Assembly: GCA_036677365.1 (NCBI GenBank)
Contig: JAVBWN010000007.1
Span: 1-28,092 of the forward strand
Source of the DNA: Acholeplasma sp.
GTDB lineage: Bacteria; Bacillota_I; Bacilli_A; Acholeplasmatales; UBA5453
DNA length: 28,092 bases
Direction: 5' to 3'
The position numbers and the translations under genes were made by a program. Shown here in pieces: positions 8,936-15,848 of the stretch. Positions within the stretch are counted from its first letter, which is position 1. Each line of letters starts with the position of its first letter. The notes under the pieces were generated by a model. It did not search any database, was not told the origin of the DNA, and was given only the letters and a program-made list of their open reading frames with translations.

Positions 8936-9013
8936 CGTAGGGCAACTGGCTGTCTCATGGAGACCCTATAGCTTTCCGTCGCCGGATTACTCCGGGTTTG
9001 GCTTGATCAAACG
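8936..9013 (-). ncRNA. c-di-GMP-I (GEMM-I) riboswitch aptamer
   Basis: Minus strand AAGCCAAACCCGGAGTAATCCGGCGACGGAAAGCTATAGGGTCTCCATGAGACAGCCAGTTGCC: P2 with GNRA loop (GTAA), GACG-G-AAAGC core, P3 GTCTC/GAGAC, 3' CAGCCAGTTGCC. Confidence 0.92.
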
Positions 9014-9066
9014 TGCATCCCATCTCACCATTAATTGAGTGTGATCCGCTTTGATTTAATACTCAA

Positions 9067-9095
9067 ATTATAACAAAGAATTATTTTAAAGTAAA
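9067..9095 (-). promoter_or_regulatory. Sigma-70/SigA promoter for the riboswitch-GGDEF transcript
   Basis: Minus strand TTTACT-17 nt-TATAAT with extended -10 TG. Confidence 0.7.
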
Positions 9096-9130
9096 GCGCT
9101 ACCATACGCTATATTTCTATGTAGAAAACA

Positions 9131-9167
9131 ATCGTTTGGACCTCAAAGGTTCTGAGTGGTTTTTTTT
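9131..9167 (+). terminator. Orphan terminator-like hairpin
   Basis: ATCGTTTGGACCT-CAA-AGGTTCTGAGTGGT (G-U rich, folds well only on +) followed by a T-run. Confidence 0.5.
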
Positions 9168-9190
9168 CTCTAAATCGTGTACAATAGTAG

Positions 9191-9265
9191 ATGGTGAAGT
9201 CCGATTCAGTGACGGTTTTATGTCATAAAAACACTGTATTCGCTCTAGGATGCTCATTCGCTAGA
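9191..9265 (+). ncRNA. Structured 5' leader of the mrp operon; candidate Na+ (DUF1646-type) riboswitch
   Basis: Begins just after -10-like TACAAT (9180-9185). ATGGTGAAGTCCGA head; CGA..CAG/CTG..TCG stem; TGAC/GTCA stem with an A-rich asymmetric loop (TAAAAACA); then TCTAG/CTAGA hairpin. Class assignment rests on remembered similarity and gene context. Confidence 0.5.
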
Positions 9266-9292
9266 AACTACGATTTAAGGAGATTTTTTACC

Positions 9293-9790
9293 ATGAACAC
9301 CACCCTTTCACGCATCAAAATGTTCATTATCCTGTTTGGATTATGGCTGTTATTCAATTTTAATTTGGAAATATCGACACTCATATTCGGTGTGGTTATT
9401 TCGTTTGTTGTCACGTACTTATCGCACAATATTTTATACACCAAAGAAGGCTTTAGGTATAAAAAACTCAAATTAACCACCATGGTTTATTATATGGGTG
9501 TGTTATTCATTGAGATTTTTAAATCGGCTTTTTTCTTTATCATTAACCTCGTCAAAGGTGGATATCAACCATTGGTGTTTAAATTGGATTTGTCTGTGTA
9601 TGACCCTGTGCAAGTCGCGATTGTTGCGAACTCGATCACGTTAACGCCAGGGACAATCACCATCGATGTGGTGGGGCATACCATCTATGTGATGGTGCTA
9701 GCGAAACCCGGTACCCCACAAGAAGAACTTGAAGCACCAATCCGTCAAAAGTTCGAAAAATTACTGAAAGATATGGGTGAACACAAATGA
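9293..9790 (+). CDS. mnhE: Na+/H+ antiporter subunit E (MrpE/MnhE, MbhA-like)
   Basis: ANSITLTPGTITIDV motif; start moved to ATG 9293 after RBS AAGGAG. Confidence 0.92.
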   Translation: MNTTLSRIKMFIILFGLWLLFNFNLEISTLIFGVVISFVVTYLSHNILYTKEGFRYKKLKLTTMVYYMGVLFIEIFKSAFFFIINLVKGGYQPLVFKLDLSVYDPVQVAIVANSITLTPGTITIDVVGHTIYVMVLAKPGTPQEELEAPIRQKFEKLLKDMGEHK

Positions 9791-10062
9791 GTTTAATCCA
9801 CACATTTATTTTAATCACCATTGGTATGTTGGTGCTCGCAATCCTCTTTGCACTCATCCAAATGGTACGCGGAAAAACGCTTTGGGACAGGATTTTAATG
9901 CTCAACCTCATCTCAGCTAAAGTCGTACTGATCATTGCCTTGTATGCGGTATATGTCGATAACATGATGTTTCTTGATATCGCGATTTCTTATGGTATCA
10001 TTGGTTTCTTAACGATGACATTGCTATCTAAATTTATCATGACTGGGGGTAGACAAAAATGA
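9787..10062 (+). CDS. mnhF: Na+/H+ antiporter subunit F (MrpF/MnhF)
   Basis: RGKTLWDRIL, LDIAISYGIIGFL; ATGA overlap with mnhE. Confidence 0.9.
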   Translation: MSLIHTFILITIGMLVLAILFALIQMVRGKTLWDRILMLNLISAKVVLIIALYAVYVDNMMFLDIAISYGIIGFLTMTLLSKFIMTGGRQK

Positions 10063-10364
10063 GTTATGTGGCGATTGCTATTTTAATCATTTCTTGGTTT
10101 TTCCTCCTCTTTGGGATGGTTGCGATATTTAAACTGAATAACCTCTATACCCGAATTTTATCATCTGCCACCATCGATACTGTGGCTTCGATATTAATAT
10201 TGATTGCTTTGATATTTGCACATCATGCTTGGGAATCTGTATTGAAACTCATCGTGTTGATTCTATTCTTGTTGGTCACGAGCCCAATTTCATCACACGT
10301 CAATATCCGTTCTGCCTATTTGATTGGGGTACCCCTCGACCATAAGGATGGTGATGATGTATGA
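10059..10364 (+). CDS. mnhG: Na+/H+ antiporter subunit G (MrpG/MnhG)
   Basis: LYTRILSSATIDT, TSPISSH...RSAY; ATGA overlap. Confidence 0.9.
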   Translation: MSYVAIAILIISWFFLLFGMVAIFKLNNLYTRILSSATIDTVASILILIALIFAHHAWESVLKLIVLILFLLVTSPISSHVNIRSAYLIGVPLDHKDGDDV

Positions 10365-10906
10365 TGGAAACCATTGGACTGATTTTACAAATTTTGCTTA
10401 TCATTATTGCGTTAGTCATCATCTTCCACAAAGAAAACTTTACCATCATCATCTATATTTCAGCTTTTGGTTTGATTGCTGCGACTTTATATGTCATCAA
10501 TCAAGCACCGGATGTGGCGATTGCGGAAGTAGCGATTGGTTCAGCCATCATCCCGCTCATTTACGTCATCAGTATTTCTCGACAACGTGAATTCATCGTC
10601 CTTGACCGTGTCGATTATGACCAGTTCAACTTAGACAAAGAAGTGTCTGATGTCTATCAAATTTTGACTGAATTTGCCGATGAACACAGTTTAAAACTCA
10701 ATATTTGTGCAGGCATCAAAGGCAGTGAACGTGAACTCACGAGAGAATTAAACATTGATTTGATCATTGTGTATAATCCCGACAAACAACGATTTGAATT
10801 CAAAGGCAAATCGTCATCGGTCATTATGAAACAACTTAAAACCATCACCAAGGAGAAACCATTCATTCAGGTTTCTACCATCGAGGATCGTGATTTATAT
10901 GATTAG
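10361..10906 (+). CDS. DUF4040/MbhD-like Mrp subunit with a soluble C-terminal extension
   Basis: APDVAIAEVAIG motif in a 3-TM N-terminal half; about 100-aa hydrophilic tail. Confidence 0.85.
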   Translation: MMETIGLILQILLIIIALVIIFHKENFTIIIYISAFGLIAATLYVINQAPDVAIAEVAIGSAIIPLIYVISISRQREFIVLDRVDYDQFNLDKEVSDVYQILTEFADEHSLKLNICAGIKGSERELTRELNIDLIIVYNPDKQRFEFKGKSSSVIMKQLKTITKEKPFIQVSTIEDRDLYD

Positions 10907-11609
10907 ACCATCATCGTTGATCAAACGTATCAGTTTGGTATTTTTATTGGGTGGGGTGCTTTATTTCTTCATCATCAGTTTTACAGATTTTAAAGAAATT
11001 TATAACTCAGCAGGCAAGGACTTCTTTTTATTGAATGGCTTGCTTGATACCGGTTCAAGAAACCTTGTCACTGCGATTTACTTGGATTATCGCTTATTTG
11101 ATAGTTTGTTTGAAGCGGGTATTTTACTCATCGCGGTTTCAGGTGTCATGTGGGTATCTGAACATAAAATCACTGAGAAAAATGCGAACTTTATGCTGGA
11201 TAAACAAAAAACACCAGAGCTCTTCATCACATTTAGCCGTTTGTTATACCCAGTGATGTTATTGTTTGGGATGTATGTGGTCATCAACGGGCACATTTCG
11301 CCAGGGGGTGGGTTCCAAGGTGGGGCCATCATCGCCACAGCCATCCTCATCCTTTATTACATCGACATTCGTAAAACCATTGAAGTCAATCTCATTTTAA
11401 CGATTGAGAAGTTCTTATTTTTATTCTTATTTACGATTGCTTTTATCAGTTATTTTACCAGAGGTGAATTTTTCACCAATTTCATCCCGAGTTCTATGGG
11501 GATGGATGCACAAGTGTTCTATCTATATTTATTGAATATCCTCATCGGGGCGAAAGTCAGCCTTGGATTGATTGCGATATTTACAGCATTTTTAAAGGAG
11601 GGTCGCTAA
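10899..11609 (+). CDS. mnhB: Na+/H+ antiporter subunit B (MbhE+MbhF-like fusion)
   Basis: NLVTAIYLDYRLFDSLFE and GHISPGGGFQGG motifs; start ATG 10899 or GTG 10890. Confidence 0.88.
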   Translation: MIRPSSLIKRISLVFLLGGVLYFFIISFTDFKEIYNSAGKDFFLLNGLLDTGSRNLVTAIYLDYRLFDSLFEAGILLIAVSGVMWVSEHKITEKNANFMLDKQKTPELFITFSRLLYPVMLLFGMYVVINGHISPGGGFQGGAIIATAILILYYIDIRKTIEVNLILTIEKFLFLFLFTIAFISYFTRGEFFTNFIPSSMGMDAQVFYLYLLNILIGAKVSLGLIAIFTAFLKEGR

Positions 11610-11939
11610 ATGAATCCCATCTTAAGTTTTGTTGTGATTCTGATTGGTGTTTACGGGTTAGCTACCAGTAGAAACATCATCAAGAGTGTGTTTTGTGTCA
11701 CCATCATCGAATCCGCTACCATCCTATTATTCTTAAACTTAGGTGCTTATGAAGGTGGTTTAGTACCCATTTTAACCGAATTGGGCATTGAAATCGTAGA
11801 CCCACTGCCACAAGCTTTGATGATCACCACAATTGTCATTGGATCGACCATCACCTCGCTTGCACTCATGCTTTGTATCAAGATATTCCACCATTACGGT
11901 TCGATTGAATGGAAGGTTATTTTGAGGGGGGACAAATGA
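11610..11939 (+). CDS. mnhC: Na+/H+ antiporter subunit C (MrpC/MnhC)
   Basis: DPLPQALMITTIVIG motif; RBS GGAGG. Confidence 0.92.
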   Translation: MNPILSFVVILIGVYGLATSRNIIKSVFCVTIIESATILLFLNLGAYEGGLVPILTELGIEIVDPLPQALMITTIVIGSTITSLALMLCIKIFHHYGSIEWKVILRGDK

Positions 11940-13549
11940 TGGTGTACACCCCGTTATTATTTCTATTCTTACCTGTGGTTGCGAGTGTCATCGTTTATTT
12001 GATTGACCACATTTGGGTGAGAAGATCGCTCTTCTTGGTTCAAATAATGATGCTTGCGATGTTTGTTTTATATGCACAGTTTTTAACTCAACATCCAGAT
12101 CAAAATATGCTTGTGTTTGGGGGATGGGACGAAACATTTGCCATCAGCTTTTACAATGACACATTATCTCTAGCCTTTGTTGGATTATCGATTTTGATGT
12201 GGTCGGTACTATTACTTTACACATTCAAATCCAACCGAAATGAACCTAAGTTTTTATTCTTCTTCATGTTTTTAGAAGGGATCTTCCTTGGGCTCTTACA
12301 AACCAACGACTTGTTTAATCTATTCGTTTTCCTAGAATTGATGACGGTCATCATCACCATTTTGATTGTTTATAAGAAAACTGGACCTTCTTTCAAAGCG
12401 GGGATATTTTATTTACTCATCAATACAATTGGTGCGATGTTTTTCTTGTTAGGGATCATCTTTTTATACTATGTGTTTGGAACCATCAACATCCAATTGA
12501 TTAAGGCGAACATTCATCTGTATGCCGATCGTAACATCGTTAAACTCGCCTTCATCATGATGATTTCAGGGCTATCCATCAAAGGGGCATTCTTCCCGTT
12601 ATTTACGTGGTTACCTAAAGCCCATGGGGTGGCACAATCGACGATTTCAGCATTATTATCGGGATTAATCGTTAAAGGTGCACTCTATTTATTCGCACGT
12701 GTAGCGATTGATATGTATGCAGGTGCACAATACCAAACCCAAGAGTTGTTGTTTTATGTGGGTGCGACCACAGCGATTGTGGGTGTCATCTTCGCTTTAG
12801 TTCAAAAAGACTTGAAACAAATACTGGCTTACCATACGGTATCACAAGTGGGTATCATGGTGATGGGTTTATTTTCGAATAGTTATTTATCCTACATAGG
12901 CGGGTTACTACATATTTTCAACCATGCGTTATTTAAATCGTTGTTATTCTTGGGGGTAGGGGTCGTCGTTACTAAGTTCCACACGAAGAAAGTCACAGAA
13001 ATCCGGGGTTTGTTTAGAACCATGCCGGTGACTTCAATTCTACTGATTGTAGGGATGCTTTCCATCAGTGGGGCACCATTATTCAATGGGTTTGTCTCTA
13101 AGAATCTCGTGAAGTATGATTTTAAATACGACATGTTCAAAATGGCTTTATTCACCATCATCAATATTGGTACAGTGACATCCTTCATCAAGTTCTCACA
13201 AATCTTATTTGGACAGAAGACCCAATCGGTCATCGTAACCGACCGAAAACAACAATCGGCGATGGCGATACTGGCCATCTTATGTGTGGTCATTGGCTTG
13301 TTTTATAAACCCTTATTCCTGTTTTTCTTTAACCTCGATCTATCCTATGTAAAACTATTTGATTTACAACAGTGGTTGGATTATTTCTTATATGTGGGGA
13401 TTGGGTTATTGTTGTATCACTTTGTGATTAAGAAAGACTTCAAACCATTTAAAGCAATCAGAAATCTTTCCATCAGCTTTGAAAATGCCAATTATATGTT
13501 CATTTTATACATGGTCTTCATCGCTGTCTTTGTCTTCATGTATGCTTAA
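11936..13549 (+). CDS. mnhD: Na+/H+ antiporter subunit D (MrpD/MbhH; complex I NuoL/M/N family)
   Basis: DLFNLFVFLE, IKGAFFPLFTWLPKAH, LKQILAYHTVSQ, HALFKSLLF, PLFNGFVSK; start ATG 11936 overlapping the mnhC stop. Confidence 0.9.
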   Translation: MMVYTPLLFLFLPVVASVIVYLIDHIWVRRSLFLVQIMMLAMFVLYAQFLTQHPDQNMLVFGGWDETFAISFYNDTLSLAFVGLSILMWSVLLLYTFKSNRNEPKFLFFFMFLEGIFLGLLQTNDLFNLFVFLELMTVIITILIVYKKTGPSFKAGIFYLLINTIGAMFFLLGIIFLYYVFGTINIQLIKANIHLYADRNIVKLAFIMMISGLSIKGAFFPLFTWLPKAHGVAQSTISALLSGLIVKGALYLFARVAIDMYAGAQYQTQELLFYVGATTAIVGVIFALVQKDLKQILAYHTVSQVGIMVMGLFSNSYLSYIGGLLHIFNHALFKSLLFLGVGVVVTKFHTKKVTEIRGLFRTMPVTSILLIVGMLSISGAPLFNGFVSKNLVKYDFKYDMFKMALFTIINIGTVTSFIKFSQILFGQKTQSVIVTDRKQQSAMAILAILCVVIGLFYKPLFLFFFNLDLSYVKLFDLQQWLDYFLYVGIGLLLYHFVIKKDFKPFKAIRNLSISFENANYMFILYMVFIAVFVFMYA

Positions 13550-13576
13550 AATACCTCTTCGGAGGTGTTTTTTTTC
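13548..13576 (+). terminator. Rho-independent terminator of the mrp operon
   Basis: ATACCTC-TTCG-GAGGTGT followed by a T-run. Confidence 0.9.
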
Positions 13577-13642
13577 GAAAGTTCACATAGACGGCTTGGA
13601 TAAATAACCGTTTATGGTATCATAGGGCTAAGAGGTGATTTT

Positions 13643-14563
13643 ATGTCTAAACCAAAAAAGGAACAAATGCGTTATTTGAATGTCAATCGTTACTTATTAA
13701 ACAAACAATCCACCATCAGTGAAAACCCAAAACTTTTAGAAGAAAAAGCGAAAGCCATTTTGGATCAGAAGATTTCTGGCATCAGTTTTAGCCCGTACCT
13801 TGAAGGCCAAGACCCAAGTATAAAATCCATCATCACAGAAAAACAAATCGCGGATCGTCTTGAAATCATCCGCCCTTATACCCACTGGATTCGCACATTC
13901 TCTACCACCAACGGGAATGAAGAAGTACCAAGAATCGCGCATGAAAAAGGCCTTAAAACCTTGGTGGGTGCATGGTTAGATTCAGATAAAGAAAACAACG
14001 AAATCGAAATCAATAACATCATACGTATTGGTCAGGCAGGGTATGTCGATTTAATCGCGATTGGTAATGAGGTCTTATTGCGAGATGACTTAGAAGTAGA
14101 AGAACTCATCGAATATATCCGTCGTGTTAAAAAAGCAGTTCCGAATGTCCCTGTTGGGTATGTGGATGCGTATTATATGTATGTCAATTTCCCTGAAATC
14201 GTCGATGAATGTGATGTTTTGTTCGCCAACTGCTACCCGTTCTGGGAACACTGTGCACTAGAAATCTCGGTTGAATACATGAAGAAAATGTATGAACTTG
14301 TGAAAACCAATGCGAAGGGTAAACCAGTCGTAATCAGTGAAACCGGCTGGCCAACCAAGGGTGAATCCTACGGGGCAGCTGTACCATCGTATGAAAACGC
14401 CATGAGGTATTTTATCAACACCTATGAATGGGCCAATCAAGAACATATCCATCTATTTTACTTCTCATCCTTTGACGAAGTATGGAAGATTAGTCATGAG
14501 GGTGAGTATGGGGCTTATTGGGGACTATGGGACAAGGATGGCAAGTTTAAATTTCAAAAATAG
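13643..14563 (+). CDS. Glycoside hydrolase family 17 (beta-1,3-glucanase/glucanotransferase)
   Basis: WIRTFS, IGNEVLLR (acid/base Glu), NCYPFWE, ISETGWP (nucleophile Glu), FDEVWK, WGLWD; RBS GAGGTGA. Confidence 0.9.
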   Translation: MSKPKKEQMRYLNVNRYLLNKQSTISENPKLLEEKAKAILDQKISGISFSPYLEGQDPSIKSIITEKQIADRLEIIRPYTHWIRTFSTTNGNEEVPRIAHEKGLKTLVGAWLDSDKENNEIEINNIIRIGQAGYVDLIAIGNEVLLRDDLEVEELIEYIRRVKKAVPNVPVGYVDAYYMYVNFPEIVDECDVLFANCYPFWEHCALEISVEYMKKMYELVKTNAKGKPVVISETGWPTKGESYGAAVPSYENAMRYFINTYEWANQEHIHLFYFSSFDEVWKISHEGEYGAYWGLWDKDGKFKFQK

Positions 14564-14700
14564 TACCCAAAATCATTCGTTTTTCTATCGATTTTGACCT
14601 AAATCCATCATTTCGTAGATTTTATAATCATATTTATTTTGAAAATAGGTATTCTTTTAAAAGCCGTGATAAAATGACTCTTGGAAAGAGGGGGGAACTC

Positions 14701-15312
14701 TTGCAAAAGTTTAAAACGGCTTTTTTTGATTTAATTCGAGGGGACAAAACGAAACTCATCGTTTTGATCACACAAATCATCGTGGCGTTTTTATTTGCGG
14801 TAGCACTGTTACTACCTTATATGGTGAGCTCTAATCTGATTGATGGGTCTTTATCTTCATCCGATTTTCCAAGGGGCGGTTTCTACACATTCATTTTCTT
14901 CGTTTCAATTTTAGGCTTTGCATATTTAGCCATCATGAACGATGAAAAACATAAAAACTGGGTCTTTTTAGGCCAAACCATTCTCGCGACATTTATCTTT
15001 TTTTACTCACTACTGTTCCATAAAGTTGGTTTAGCAAGTGCGTCCAATGGTTTTGGTAAAGTTTTGGAATTTTTATTGTTGATTGCTTTTTGGTTCTTGG
15101 TCTTTGGACAAAAACAGATCAGTGCATTCATCCACAAATTTGTACCTGAAAAAGCGATTAGCAATACACTGGTTAAACCTGAACCTGTTGAAATCAAAAC
15201 AGAAAAACCCAACAAGTCATACATTCCAAAATCAGTGAATTTAAACGAACAACCGATGGAAAAAGAGGCTCAAACAACCACAAAGAAAGCAGAAGAACCA
15301 ACCCATGAATAA
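14701..15312 (+). CDS. Membrane protein (4 TM) with a charged low-complexity tail
   Basis: Probable TTG start at 14701 after GAGGGGG (ORF track starts at 14674). Confidence 0.7.
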   Translation: MQKFKTAFFDLIRGDKTKLIVLITQIIVAFLFAVALLLPYMVSSNLIDGSLSSSDFPRGGFYTFIFFVSILGFAYLAIMNDEKHKNWVFLGQTILATFIFFYSLLFHKVGLASASNGFGKVLEFLLLIAFWFLVFGQKQISAFIHKFVPEKAISNTLVKPEPVEIKTEKPNKSYIPKSVNLNEQPMEKEAQTTTKKAEEPTHE

Positions 15313-15700
15313 AGATGAATTGATCAAAATTTCAAAAGAATTAAAACTCACGGACAATGAAGAATTGTTAGCCAAAATAGTGATTTCGCATTCAACCACA
15401 TACAAAGTGACATCGATTGCTTTAGGACAAACCCATGGCGCAGGTAGTGATGGGTTCATTGGAATTTATCAAAATCAACTGGTTGGTTTTGATACGAACT
15501 TACTCGGCAACAAGCCCACCAAAGAACGATTCAGATTCAATTTTGATGAGATTGATAAACTAGAAATTAAGAAGGGATTCTTAAATCTCAATAACCAATT
15601 TCACGTCCACTCTGGACACCATCATTACAAAATCTACTTCACAGGCAAAAGAAGACACTTGATTGAAGCGATGCATCGGAAGATATTGTCTAATCAATAA
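15305..15700 (+). CDS. Hypothetical protein, possibly bacterial PH-domain-like
   Basis: FNFDEIDKLEIKKGFL pattern typical of bPH folds; overlaps the upstream gene. Confidence 0.55.
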   Translation: MNKDELIKISKELKLTDNEELLAKIVISHSTTYKVTSIALGQTHGAGSDGFIGIYQNQLVGFDTNLLGNKPTKERFRFNFDEIDKLEIKKGFLNLNNQFHVHSGHHHYKIYFTGKRRHLIEAMHRKILSNQ

Positions 15701-15708
15701 TTTGTATA

Positions 15709-15738
15709 TAACCAAAACCGAAATGGTTTTGGTTTTTT
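15709..15738 (+). terminator. Rho-independent terminator
   Basis: AACCAAAACC-GAAAT-GGTTTTGGTT followed by Ts. Confidence 0.85.
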
Positions 15739-15848
15739 ATTTATATTTATATTAATCTTTATATTGTGATTAATTCAAACACAAATCGTTCGTATTTGTT
15801 TCTTTATGATGTTATCATATTATCAAGTTTATGTTAGGAAGTGGTTTT

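Noticed and set aside
7928..9013. 3',3'-cGAMP (Hypr GGDEF / GEMM-Ib) signalling pair
   Set aside because: The aptamer keeps G at the G20-equivalent position. The cyclase reads GHAIGN where the norm is GHxxGD and Hypr enzymes have Ser/Thr; this Asn is atypical and leaves product identity worth testing, but does not support a cGAMP call.
9191..9292. 34-aa N-terminal extension of MnhE as given by the ORF track
   Set aside because: ATG 9191 sits at the predicted start site with no RBS, a clear AAGGAG precedes ATG 9293, and the region folds like an RNA leader. Leaderless translation cannot be fully excluded.
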